Shown here one piece after another: positions 38,848-48,771 of a stretch of DNA of 64,000 nt. The stretch is from a virus. Its lineage: Duplodnaviria; Caudoviricetes. Both the position numbers and the translations under genes were made by a program. The stretch is from the IMG/VR virus record IMGVR_UViG_3300021958_000023, positions 1 to 64,000 of that record, one strand, 5' to 3'. Position 1 is the stretch's first letter. Each line of letters begins with the position of its first letter. The notes under the pieces were generated by a model. That model was given only the letters and a program-made list of their open reading frames with translations, ran no database searches and was not told the DNA's origin.

Positions 38848-39432
38848 ATGTATTTACCTAACCACTTACAAAATTTTTCTACACAGTTGTACGAAAGATA
38901 TAAAAATATAAACCCAGTTGAGATAATAACAAATTATCACTTCATAAGAGATGGAAGAGTTTTCTTCATTGAAAATGGTGAAGAGAATATGGTATTTCCT
39001 GACTCTTATAAAAATACTATATCAAAAATTAAAGCTCATAGCAAGAATACATTTAAAGTAGAAGGTTTTGAAAAGTTTGATGAATATCTTGCAACTGTGT
39101 GTGATAGTAAAACTAAAGATGAATATATAGACTGTCATTTGTATTGGGGTAAAGTGGGAAAATCTAGTTTTATAACCCATGTTGATCCTTACGATGTTGT
39201 AATAGTAATGATTTCTGGCACTAAAAAAATGGTGTTTCCTGATAATAATGAAGAACAAGTACTGAATCCAGGAGATACTGTATATATTCCAGGAAATAAA
39301 GCACACTATGCTAATAACGTAACAGAAAATATTTCTCTAAGTTTTGGTATTAGAAAGTACTATAAATACATAGATTTAAAACTCCAATCATTGCAGATGG
39401 CAGCTGATGCATCATATAACAGTATATCTTAA
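38848..39432 (+). CDS. Cupin/JmjC-like (Cupin_4) hydroxylase
   Basis: H.Y....SSF.THVDPYDV....SGTK...L.PGD.VYIP....H. Confidence 0.8.
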   Translation: MYLPNHLQNFSTQLYERYKNINPVEIITNYHFIRDGRVFFIENGEENMVFPDSYKNTISKIKAHSKNTFKVEGFEKFDEYLATVCDSKTKDEYIDCHLYWGKVGKSSFITHVDPYDVVIVMISGTKKMVFPDNNEEQVLNPGDTVYIPGNKAHYANNVTENISLSFGIRKYYKYIDLKLQSLQMAADASYNSIS

Positions 39433-40459
39433 AACTACAGAAACTTGTCAGTTAAATTGTAAACATTGTTTTACCAACGGGATAAACGGTAGAAAAATAT
39501 ATTTTAACCCTGTTAAGACAGTAGAGTGGATAAATAAATTAAAAACAGCTTATCAAAACAACTCTATACATTTTGAGTTTCACGGTGGAGAACCGTTTTT
39601 AGCCCCAGTTTCGGATATGAAATATGTTGTTGAAAATACAAAACAACTGTGGAACAACGCAAGTTATGGAATGACAAGTAATCTAACTCTTAATCTGGAC
39701 GAAGAAAAAACACAATTTATATTGAAAGATTTAAATGGTATAATAGGCACTTCGTGGGATAAAAGTATCAGATTTACTAACATAAAACAAAAAGAGTTAT
39801 GGGAAAATAATGTAAAATATTTAAAGTCTTTAGGTGTTTATATAACACTATTTGTAAGTGTTACTAAGGAACTTTGCAATACTGATCCTGAAACTATTAT
39901 AGAATATTTTAATAGTTTAGGAGTAGATGAAGTAGATTTTGAAAGACTAACCAATCACGGAAATGCAAAACTACATCCTGAAATTTTTCCGACTAATAAA
40001 GAACAAGATACTTGGTTTTTAAACTTATACAAGTGTAAAACAAAAAGAGAGTGGAAAGATAGTTTTATAGACTCAATAGTAAAAACAAGACTAGCAGGTT
40101 CTCAAACAGCTACTTTTTGCAGAGATTGTGAACAAAAATTATTTACTGTAAATGCAGACGGAACAATTAGTGGATGTCCTAATGCAGCTCCAGAAGAGGT
40201 TTATGGTAATATTGAACAAGACATTTGGGATTTACTTTGGAATCCAAAAAGAAAATATATAATAGCTTGTGAAGCAGCTAGAGATGAAAGATGTTATAGC
40301 TGTGAAGTATTTGATTTATGTGGGAGTGGGTGTCATCAGCTAGACTGGGATGAAACTCATTGCCCCTCTCCTAAAAGTTTATTTAAGCTATTAAAACAAA
40401 CACCTATAAAAGAAATAAAAGAAGGAGCGTATTATGCCAATTCAAAACACTGGGGATGA
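39407..40459 (+). CDS. Radical SAM/SPASM maturase 1
   Basis: CQLNCKHC, FHGGEP, C..C...GCP, C..C.....C...C. Confidence 0.92.
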   Translation: MHHITVYLKTTETCQLNCKHCFTNGINGRKIYFNPVKTVEWINKLKTAYQNNSIHFEFHGGEPFLAPVSDMKYVVENTKQLWNNASYGMTSNLTLNLDEEKTQFILKDLNGIIGTSWDKSIRFTNIKQKELWENNVKYLKSLGVYITLFVSVTKELCNTDPETIIEYFNSLGVDEVDFERLTNHGNAKLHPEIFPTNKEQDTWFLNLYKCKTKREWKDSFIDSIVKTRLAGSQTATFCRDCEQKLFTVNADGTISGCPNAAPEEVYGNIEQDIWDLLWNPKRKYIIACEAARDERCYSCEVFDLCGSGCHQLDWDETHCPSPKSLFKLLKQTPIKEIKEGAYYANSKHWG

Positions 40460-41036
40460 AATTAGTAAAGCAGCAGTTTTACAAAGATTTAATGAAGTCA
40501 TGCGTGACAATATTAATCCTGTTATTGATGTAGGTTCTGGAACACCTTTTACCACTGGAACATACAGGGAGTTGACAAATACAGGGGATGGAGGTATTCC
40601 TATTAATCATGTAGGAGCGCCTACAGTATCTCCTGCTACAACCGGGGGTCTAACAGACACTATTATAGACGCTGCAGGATTAGCCAATTATTTAAGAACT
40701 CTTACTAGAAATTATAGCCAAGTAAGAAAACTAAATTGGAGACTGAGATTTAATAAAACAGGATATCCTAGTGGTAATGGTAATCTGGTTTTAGAACAAA
40801 CAACTACTGACTACATTCATCTAAATGCTGAAACATATAAACAAACAGTTACAGATAATGCTACAACCTATAATATTGAAGAAGGCGATCTAATTGATGC
40901 ATCTGACTTTGAAAGCTATATAGCAGATTTATACTCACAGTGGAGTACTTTAAAAGAAAATACAGTAACAATCTATGTTGATACTTGTCATGCAAGTTGT
41001 CATTCAAACTGTCACGGTTCTAGGGGAAGAAGATAA
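40434..41036 (+). CDS. Candidate modification substrate, virion-like protein with C-terminal (CHxx)3 tail
   Basis: Ends TCHASCHSNCHGSRGRR; AAGGAG RBS; lies among radical SAM genes. Confidence 0.7.
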   Translation: MPIQNTGDEISKAAVLQRFNEVMRDNINPVIDVGSGTPFTTGTYRELTNTGDGGIPINHVGAPTVSPATTGGLTDTIIDAAGLANYLRTLTRNYSQVRKLNWRLRFNKTGYPSGNGNLVLEQTTTDYIHLNAETYKQTVTDNATTYNIEEGDLIDASDFESYIADLYSQWSTLKENTVTIYVDTCHASCHSNCHGSRGRR

Positions 41037-41734
41037 TGAAAGTAATTAAGACTAAGGCACCAATAGATGTTGAATATTTACAAGAATATTTTTCATCTGA
41101 AGAAGAAATAATGTTTGAGTTAATGTATTATGATAGTGATATAAAAGGAAGAACTTTTTTTAACTATGTAGCAAATCTAGACATTAAGTTCAAACTGAAT
41201 TTTTATGAAACCACACAAGAAGAAAGGTATGAGTTATTAGATCTTTACCTTAATTCTAACTCAATAATTTCCTGTAAAGAACTTGAATTGGCATTAACGT
41301 ATTTAGTACTTAAATATAATAACTGTAATGTAGATGACTTATACTCTTTTTCAATTCTTAGTCCGGAGTATGCTGAAAAATTTATAACAGAAAAAATGAA
41401 TAAACTGATGACTGTAACAGAATTTTTAGAATCTTTACCTATTACGACTCTCTCTTTTGTATCCTCTTTAAAAGAGTTTGTAAATCAAGAATTGAAAAAT
41501 TATGATGTAGTAGAAGATACAGATATAATAGGTAAAAATATAATAAATCTGATTAATAATCCTTTTATATTTCAACTGTATGAAACTAGTGGAAGTAGAA
41601 AAAGATATTTTAAGTATTACTCTGAAGAGTATATTTATGATGAAAAAAATCTATACGGCTGGATGACCGACAACGACGTACCCCTCTTAGTTTTTGTATC
41701 AGGAATAGCAGCCGGTGTTCAACCTAGTAAATAA
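41036..41734 (+). CDS. Hypothetical protein (radical SAM operon)
   Basis: TAATG coupling to the upstream gene. Confidence 0.7.
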   Translation: MKVIKTKAPIDVEYLQEYFSSEEEIMFELMYYDSDIKGRTFFNYVANLDIKFKLNFYETTQEERYELLDLYLNSNSIISCKELELALTYLVLKYNNCNVDDLYSFSILSPEYAEKFITEKMNKLMTVTEFLESLPITTLSFVSSLKEFVNQELKNYDVVEDTDIIGKNIINLINNPFIFQLYETSGSRKRYFKYYSEEYIYDEKNLYGWMTDNDVPLLVFVSGIAAGVQPSK

Positions 41735-42851
41735 TGTATATTTAGAATATAATTTTTGTTATACCTCTGAAATACCTAAACTATTAGTAGGGTATGAAGA
41801 GCCTTTGCCAAACACTTGGAATTATTTCAAAGACGCTGATAGTTTATTTGAAAGTAATACTTTAAAAAATATAGATAAAAGTACAGAAATAGTAGTTTTA
41901 GCAAACGAAGATGCTTATAACAAAATATTAATTACATATTTAAAATCAATCCTACCAAACTGCATAGAGCAATCTGCGTATCATTTTTATAAACTTCTTT
42001 TACAAAAACATATCTATTTACACGGAAAATCATGTTTAGCACATGATGACGGATCTACTAATCTAAAATCTCCTTGGAACTCATTAACATTATTATCGTT
42101 AAAGGAATTTAGTAGTATATATAAAACTTGTAGTAAACACTTACTAGATGATTTCTATACAAAAGGAGCTTGTTTAGAACTACACTTAGCTAGTTATTTA
42201 GCAAATACTAAATATAACCATAAAGATATATTATATAAAAAACTATATAATATAGTTGCTGATACAGTATTAAACGAATTAACTTATTGGAAAATGAATG
42301 TAATGTGTCAGTTATTTGAGTTAGGGGATTTAGTTGATAGCATAGAGTATGGCTCTCATTTGTATGAAAATGCAGTTTATGAAGATTTAAAACTACCAAA
42401 AGAATACGATTGGTTAATGGATGGAAATATAAAAGCCTACCCTGACCTAAAGTATGTTAAAGAAAACTATGATCTAAAAACTCTATTTAGACTTTATAGA
42501 AAATCTGTAATGAAGTATGGTCACAATGGATTTTATAATAGTGAAGTTTTAATGGAAAAGTTCATTGAAGGTAACTTAGGATTAAGAGACATAATAAATA
42601 TCGATATTAACACAATTTATGCAGGTGGAAATATTGGAGAATATCAATATCAAGATAGAACTACTCACTACTTATTAAGATATTTCTATCTCTTAGCAAC
42701 AGAAAAAAGATACGATAAACTATCTGAGTATTCTTTAGAAACTACTGACAAAGTATTTAAACCTTTTATAAATGAATATAAAAGAAATAAAAAAATTCCG
42801 AAAGAATGGAATTTAACAGACCACCACAGTTTTAGAGAAGGCTATGTATAA
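41715..42851 (+). CDS. Hypothetical protein (radical SAM operon)
   Basis: 378-aa ORF overlapping its neighbours. Confidence 0.7.
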   Translation: MFNLVNNVYLEYNFCYTSEIPKLLVGYEEPLPNTWNYFKDADSLFESNTLKNIDKSTEIVVLANEDAYNKILITYLKSILPNCIEQSAYHFYKLLLQKHIYLHGKSCLAHDDGSTNLKSPWNSLTLLSLKEFSSIYKTCSKHLLDDFYTKGACLELHLASYLANTKYNHKDILYKKLYNIVADTVLNELTYWKMNVMCQLFELGDLVDSIEYGSHLYENAVYEDLKLPKEYDWLMDGNIKAYPDLKYVKENYDLKTLFRLYRKSVMKYGHNGFYNSEVLMEKFIEGNLGLRDIINIDINTIYAGGNIGEYQYQDRTTHYLLRYFYLLATEKRYDKLSEYSLETTDKVFKPFINEYKRNKKIPKEWNLTDHHSFREGYV

Positions 42852-43833
42852 CACAGTCATAGATAAAAAAGCGTCCACTCTGGGAGAGGTTATTGTAACA
42901 CTGTTTGAACACTGTAATCTTGCGTGTAGTTTTTGTTCTCAAAATCATAATTCATTTGAGGGTGTGGAATCCATCCCAGAAAAATACTTTGCGATAAAAA
43001 GCGTCTATGAAAACTTACGCTCACAAAATAAAGAACAATTTTCCTTTCATTTTATGGGCGGAGAGATTTTGAGTGATTCAGTTTCAAATCAAATTTTGAA
43101 TAAAATTGAAGATTTAATTCTTAGATGTCAACAATCATTTGAAAACAGTGAATTTCTAATAACTTCTAATATGATATGGAGTGATAGAGATAGGGTAAGA
43201 CAAATGCTAGATAGGCTAGAAATTAAACTAGCAGTCAGCTATGATCCTGCGGGTCGCTTTAATACTACTCAACTAGAACAGTTTATGTCTAATGTTGAGT
43301 ATTTTAAAGATTATATCACCACAGTAAATATAATTCTAACAGCTCCTAATATTTATAAATTTTTAGGTAATGATATAACAGGTTTTGAGTATCTATATGA
43401 TAACTTTAATATATATTTTGATTACTATACTCCTGAAAAAAACGCTAGTATAAACTGTCCTACAGATGTAGAGTTATTAGAAATATTCAAATATTTGTCT
43501 AGTAATTATCCTAAAGTAGCACCTATAAACAAGTATTTATCTGGAGATACTAGGAAAAATTTAACCTGTCAAAGAACAAAGGTAATAGCTGCTAATGGAG
43601 AAATAGGTCACTGTAATTTATTAGTTGGAGGCAACTATAGAGCATTAGCACATGATAGTAGAGATAAGATGGAAGCTAAATGGATAGAAGGATTTAATTG
43701 CTTAATGTGTGATCATTTTACTAGATGTGGGTTGGGGTGTTTTCAAGAAAACCATATTTTACCTGAAAAAAGTACTATGGAGCATTGTTGGATTAAAGAC
43801 TATTGGGAATGGTTAGATGGAACTTATAATTAA
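42844..43833 (+). CDS. Radical SAM/SPASM-type enzyme 2
   Basis: CNLACSFC, FMGGE, C-terminal CLMCDHFTRCGLGC. Confidence 0.9.
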   Translation: MYNTVIDKKASTLGEVIVTLFEHCNLACSFCSQNHNSFEGVESIPEKYFAIKSVYENLRSQNKEQFSFHFMGGEILSDSVSNQILNKIEDLILRCQQSFENSEFLITSNMIWSDRDRVRQMLDRLEIKLAVSYDPAGRFNTTQLEQFMSNVEYFKDYITTVNIILTAPNIYKFLGNDITGFEYLYDNFNIYFDYYTPEKNASINCPTDVELLEIFKYLSSNYPKVAPINKYLSGDTRKNLTCQRTKVIAANGEIGHCNLLVGGNYRALAHDSRDKMEAKWIEGFNCLMCDHFTRCGLGCFQENHILPEKSTMEHCWIKDYWEWLDGTYN

Positions 43834-44890
43834 ACCAACAGAACGTTGTAACTTTAAATGTACCTTTTGCTCTAGTACAAAAATTGCTGATTCTAAATCT
43901 GTAGAATTAGAGCATGAAAAAATATTTGCTTTTTTAAGAAGATTTCCTGATACTAATACTATTATTGTAAACGGTGGTGACCCTCTAATGATGACACCTG
44001 ATTACTATTGGAAAATAATAGATTACTTAAATGAACACGGCTTGAATACTACTATATCTTTAACGACTAATCTATGGCCGTTCTATAAAAATCCGACTAA
44101 ATGGATTGATCTTTTGAGTCATCCTAGAGTAGGGGTTTGTACCTCTTTTCAATATGGAGGAGGTAGATTAAAAGGAGATTTTTCAGAGTTTACTGAAGAA
44201 GACTTTTGGAATGTTTCAGATAAAATGTTAGAACTCGTAGGTTACCGTCCTGATTTTATCTCAGTAATAACAAAAGAAAATGAAGATCAAGCTATTGACA
44301 ATGTAAGATTAGCTAAAAAAATGGGAGTAGTGTGTAAACTAAACTATGCTGTTGCAAGCGGTCCAGAAATTAGATTTCTTAATGGAATTAAGATGGGATT
44401 AGAAAACTATACCTATCTACTTGCAGATATATATGAAATTTATCTTAAAATTTATAAGCTAGGACTTGCTGATTGGGAATATAACACTACTCAACTACTA
44501 AAAAGATTTTCTTCTAATACTACTTGTCCACAAAACAGACGTTGTGATGAAAATATTAGAAACCTAAATCCAGGAGGTGACTACTATTCTTGCGGAGCAT
44601 TTGGAGATGACAAAGAGTATGAAATAGATTTTGATAAAGAGATGAATCAAGATAAAGTAGAAACTCCTTTACAAAAGTCTATAGAACTACTATCTTTAAA
44701 ACAATCTTGTTTTACTTGTCCTATGTTTAAGATTTGTAATGGATGTAAAAAAACTACTAGTGATTTGAAAAGATTAAATTTAGTAGAAACACACTGTAAA
44801 AAAATGAAGAAACTAGCGCCTGACATAATAGAAATATGTAATTTAAAAACAAAAGTAACGGAGTATATAGATGAGTCAATATACACATAG
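43817..44890 (+). CDS. Radical SAM/SPASM-type enzyme 3
   Basis: IIKPTERCNFKCTFC, NGGDP, CP....C...YSC, CFTCPMFKICNGC. Confidence 0.92.
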   Translation: MELIIKPTERCNFKCTFCSSTKIADSKSVELEHEKIFAFLRRFPDTNTIIVNGGDPLMMTPDYYWKIIDYLNEHGLNTTISLTTNLWPFYKNPTKWIDLLSHPRVGVCTSFQYGGGRLKGDFSEFTEEDFWNVSDKMLELVGYRPDFISVITKENEDQAIDNVRLAKKMGVVCKLNYAVASGPEIRFLNGIKMGLENYTYLLADIYEIYLKIYKLGLADWEYNTTQLLKRFSSNTTCPQNRRCDENIRNLNPGGDYYSCGAFGDDKEYEIDFDKEMNQDKVETPLQKSIELLSLKQSCFTCPMFKICNGCKKTTSDLKRLNLVETHCKKMKKLAPDIIEICNLKTKVTEYIDESIYT

Positions 44891-45668
44891 AAAACTATGG
44901 CCTACCCCTATTTTATTAGGAAGTATTGATAAAGAATTAGCCAAAGATTTATTTAATTATATACTGAATAAGTATCATAATCCTGATGAAAAAACAGAAG
45001 TATTTAATCTGTTTTCTATCGGTGAGCCTCTTTTAGATAATCTATATAAAAACCATATTGTTCCTGCTACAAAAGAATATATTAAAAATAATTTATTTCA
45101 GTCTAACCATTATGAAATAAATTCTTATGCGTGGGCTCACGTATTGCCACAAGGACAAAATGTAGGTATTCATAATCATCCTAATAATCATATAAGCGGT
45201 ACTATATGGTTAAACGATCATGATAGTCATCTTTTAATGGTCGATCCAAAAGGTAATTCTAATATGATGGATTTTGGATATCTAGATTTAGAAATGTTAA
45301 CTAAAATGGGTATGACTGTTGGGAATGATGAAATTAGACATAACCATACTTCTAGATATAACGAGTTTGGAAGACAGATGAATAATAGCACACTAGACTT
45401 CACAGGACTTTTTGGTGATTATGTTGATACATTTGATAAACCAACTAGATCAGTAAATCCAACTAACATCACTATTAAACCAGAGCTTGGTAAGTTTGTA
45501 TTATTTCCATCTTGGGTATGGCACGAAGTAGAACCAAACCAATCTAAAATGCCTAGAATTAGTATTTCTTGGGATACTAGAATTACTCCAAAGATAAAAA
45601 AAGAGCATAATATTCATCATGAACAAGACATTAGAATATTAGGAGATGTTCTTGATATACAGAACTAA
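44871..45668 (+). CDS. Putative 2OG-Fe(II) oxygenase (TIGR02466-like, with insertion)
   Basis: WPTP, HNHPNN.ISG, LFPSWVWHEV, RISISW. Confidence 0.85.
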   Translation: MSQYTHRKLWPTPILLGSIDKELAKDLFNYILNKYHNPDEKTEVFNLFSIGEPLLDNLYKNHIVPATKEYIKNNLFQSNHYEINSYAWAHVLPQGQNVGIHNHPNNHISGTIWLNDHDSHLLMVDPKGNSNMMDFGYLDLEMLTKMGMTVGNDEIRHNHTSRYNEFGRQMNNSTLDFTGLFGDYVDTFDKPTRSVNPTNITIKPELGKFVLFPSWVWHEVEPNQSKMPRISISWDTRITPKIKKEHNIHHEQDIRILGDVLDIQN

Positions 45669-46071
45669 GAAAGCTGATATTAATGATTTACAAATATTAG
45701 TAGCTTTATCATATAATATGATAAAAGATGAGCGGTATGAACGAGATGATTTAGTTTATATTATAAAAAATGATATAATTGAAATACTATATTTCAATAA
45801 TATAGCTATTGGATACTATACCGTAATTAATCATGAGAAGGGTAAGTACTTAGAAACTATATTAATTGATAAAAAATATCAAGGAACAGAAGCAGTATAT
45901 CAATTATGTAATAAAGCAGTTAACCCTATTAATGGAAATCCTTTATGGGGTTTAAGTAGATATAAACGAGTTGATATATTATTGAAAAAATATGGTTTTG
46001 AACCAAAAGAATATGAAACAATTAAAGGAAGAAAGTACAGATGGTGGATAAACCGTTTTCAGTCTCAATAA
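45646..46071 (+). CDS. GNAT-like acetyltransferase
   Basis: IGYY...YLETILIDKKYQG...LLKKYGF. Confidence 0.6.
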   Translation: MFLIYRTKKADINDLQILVALSYNMIKDERYERDDLVYIIKNDIIEILYFNNIAIGYYTVINHEKGKYLETILIDKKYQGTEAVYQLCNKAVNPINGNPLWGLSRYKRVDILLKKYGFEPKEYETIKGRKYRWWINRFQSQ

Positions 46072-46958
46072 ACCCTAGTTACTTTTGTAATTTTAGATGT
46101 GATTTTTGTTATCTAACTCCTGAACAACTAGGAGACCAGAAAAAAATTGATCTTAAAAAATTAGATAAATTACTTTCTGAAGTGCCAAAAATAGATCATA
46201 TAGATTTATACGGCGGAGAAATAGGAGCATTAAAAAGGAGTTATTATGAAGACCTTATCAAAACAATACGCAATTGGTATTCTGACACTATCAACATTAA
46301 TACTAATTTTTCTATGCTTGACGACAGATTCTTCGAGGATGGAATCTCTCTTTCCGTCTCATATGATTTTTCAGCAAGAGAAAAATCTAATCTAGTATAT
46401 AATAATATGTTAATGAGCCCTGTGCCTCTCTCGGTTCTTATCTTAGCTTCAGCTGAAGTAGTAAAAATGGATGTAGACTATATGATTAAACAATTAAATA
46501 TGTGTAAATCAGTAAAGTCAGTTGAAATAAAGCCATATTCTATAAATCAAGCAAATGCTCATTTAGTAACTCATAGAGAGTTTGAGTTATTTGTGTCTCA
46601 GTGGATTGATAGTCCTATAGAAAAACGGTTTGAGTTTCAAAACTTGAGAAGAATTGAACGAAGTGTCAAGAAGGAGTATAGTGCTTGGTCTGATGATCAT
46701 ATCTATATTACTCCTAATGGAAAGTTTGCTGTATTAGAGTTTGATCAAAACGATAGAGAATATTTTATGGAATTACCGAGTTACAACGCATTTGAACAAT
46801 GGGCGTGGAGAGAGAAAAGAACACTATCTACAATATGTCAAAACTGTAGTTGGGTAGGACATTGCTTAACAGAACACTATAGACAAGTAAAAGATTTAAA
46901 ACATAGTTGTAATGGTTATATAAATCTTTTAACAAAGTACCAACATGATTTTATATAA
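46041..46958 (+). CDS. Radical SAM enzyme 4
   Basis: CNFRCDFC, YGGE, C-terminal CQNC.....C..H...SC. Confidence 0.9.
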   Translation: MVDKPFSVSINPSYFCNFRCDFCYLTPEQLGDQKKIDLKKLDKLLSEVPKIDHIDLYGGEIGALKRSYYEDLIKTIRNWYSDTININTNFSMLDDRFFEDGISLSVSYDFSAREKSNLVYNNMLMSPVPLSVLILASAEVVKMDVDYMIKQLNMCKSVKSVEIKPYSINQANAHLVTHREFELFVSQWIDSPIEKRFEFQNLRRIERSVKKEYSAWSDDHIYITPNGKFAVLEFDQNDREYFMELPSYNAFEQWAWREKRTLSTICQNCSWVGHCLTEHYRQVKDLKHSCNGYINLLTKYQHDFI

Positions 46959-47454
46959 AGACGTTTTAGAAAATGGTTTTGCTTTCAGTGAAATTAATCT
47001 AAATCCTATTGCTAAAGATTTAGAATCTTTAGAGTTTTATGAAAACGAAGATAGAAAACCAGGAGTTGAAGTAAGCTGGTCTACTTTTGGTATGCCTAAA
47101 AAAGTTAATAACTACTTAATACATAGTTTAAAAAACGTATGTGATGATTACATAGGTTCCTTAATAGATAAAATAGACACATTTGAAGCGTATAAAACAG
47201 AAGTAAAAGAATATACACAGCTTCACAGCGATTCTTCTTTTGGAGGGCTGATACAAATTATGGTCTACTATATTAAGGGAGATTTAAAGGGTAGAAACTT
47301 TTTATATGGAAAAGTAAGCAGAATAGATAGTATAGTTCCTTATACAGGACTAGTTATAGTATCTGATCAACTAAATAAAGAGTGGTTACATGGCACTAAC
47401 CCACTAATAAATCCGTGTTTTAATTTATGTATAACAGCGATAACTCCAAGATGA
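46945..47454 (+). CDS. 2OG-Fe(II) oxygenase-like protein
   Basis: LHSD...Q.MVY...G..F...WLHG (HxD...H triad). Confidence 0.65.
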   Translation: MILYKDVLENGFAFSEINLNPIAKDLESLEFYENEDRKPGVEVSWSTFGMPKKVNNYLIHSLKNVCDDYIGSLIDKIDTFEAYKTEVKEYTQLHSDSSFGGLIQIMVYYIKGDLKGRNFLYGKVSRIDSIVPYTGLVIVSDQLNKEWLHGTNPLINPCFNLCITAITPR

Positions 47455-48134
47455 ATAAAAAAGAATTTTATAAGAAAGAACATTTTTCTAAAAAGAACTG
47501 GTTACATGACAATGGTAGAGTAAACGCTACAGTATCAGGAAATAACTGGGTAGGAGTATCTATATCTCCTTATATGAAAGATTTTAAGTCTCAAGTAGAT
47601 CCAGGAATTTGGCCGTTGGTTGAGATACTAACTAAAAAAGGATATTTAACTTGTTCATCTTGTGAAGGGCATGATTGGATGGAAGAATCTTTTGTAGTAG
47701 TGTGTTTTGGGTCTAGAGATTCAAGAGATCAATTTGCTAAACAAGTAGTAAAAGCACACATACCTCAATACCGAGTATTCTATCAAGAATCACAGACTAA
47801 TATAAATCTTTATGATCCATTCAATAATTATCATGAATTAATGGATGATCCTACAATGGATGAAACTCAGAATTGGTTTAAAGTAAAAGATAAACTATAT
47901 TTTACAAAAGTTGAAGACGATATACCAGAAGAAATTATAGAAAAAGAAGCAGAAAACTGGAATCACTGTTTTGGTAGAAAATATAAACGATGGTACTATT
48001 GTCGACTTCTAATTGGGGGTGCAGTACTAAACGGTAAGACTCCCACAACACTATGTGTACACTGGACTCGTTATTTTTGGATAAAAAAATTAGCTAGTTT
48101 TATTGAAAGAAAGGTATCTAATGGCTTTGACTGA
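47427..48134 (+). CDS. Hypothetical protein with TYW3-like SSCxG motif
   Basis: VDPGIWPLVEIL..KGYLTCSSCEGH. Confidence 0.5.
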   Translation: MYNSDNSKMNKKEFYKKEHFSKKNWLHDNGRVNATVSGNNWVGVSISPYMKDFKSQVDPGIWPLVEILTKKGYLTCSSCEGHDWMEESFVVVCFGSRDSRDQFAKQVVKAHIPQYRVFYQESQTNINLYDPFNNYHELMDDPTMDETQNWFKVKDKLYFTKVEDDIPEEIIEKEAENWNHCFGRKYKRWYYCRLLIGGAVLNGKTPTTLCVHWTRYFWIKKLASFIERKVSNGFD

Positions 48135-48771
48135 GAAATTTAGAGAAATACAATATGATTCTGATAATCTTATAGAGTATTCTTACCATGCAAACGATAC
48201 ATCTAAAGAAGTATTAGAACTAAAAAATAAACTTTACACAATTTTTAAAGAAGAAAGTGCTGCTGACTTAGCTTTTAAACACGATATGATCAGCTATCAT
48301 TCTAAAAATGGAACTACTTATGAAGAAGATGCTATTGTAGTTGTTTATTCTGAAAAATGTCCTTTTTATTTAAGAGAAGAGTTTAATCTAAAAGATTTTA
48401 ACTCTTTAGACTTTTATGCAATAAAATATTTCTTAAATAGTAAAAAAAGAGTATTAAAAACGTATGATGCAGATATGTATAATTATGAAATACCCCAACT
48501 CCCTCCTAAATCAGCTATCGGTAATCAATTTGGTGTTGGAAGAACACACGGAATTGAAAAAGAGTATAGAGATGTTTACTTTTTTAACTCTAATGATATG
48601 ATGGTAGGGTATTTTTGGGGAGATTGGATTCCTAAAATAGAAGAACCATATAAAAATCCCGCAACTAAATGTTACGGGATTACTTACGAAGAAGGAATCA
48701 AAGATGTTTTAAAGTTAAAACGTTACCTGTTTCCTTTTCATTATGAAATGTCTGATCTAACTTTATTATGA
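48121..48771 (+). CDS. Hypothetical protein (last gene of the operon)
   Basis: ATG overlaps the upstream gene; converges on the gene ending at 48766. Confidence 0.65.
   Translation: MALTEKFREIQYDSDNLIEYSYHANDTSKEVLELKNKLYTIFKEESAADLAFKHDMISYHSKNGTTYEEDAIVVVYSEKCPFYLREEFNLKDFNSLDFYAIKYFLNSKKRVLKTYDADMYNYEIPQLPPKSAIGNQFGVGRTHGIEKEYRDVYFFNSNDMMVGYFWGDWIPKIEEPYKNPATKCYGITYEEGIKDVLKLKRYLFPFHYEMSDLTLL

Noticed and set aside
39407-46958. 7-deazaguanine (QueE) or anaerobic RNR activase roles for the radical SAM enzymes
   Set aside because: No folE, queD, queC, dpdA or nrdD nearby, and the C-terminal Cys clusters fit SPASM-type maturases better
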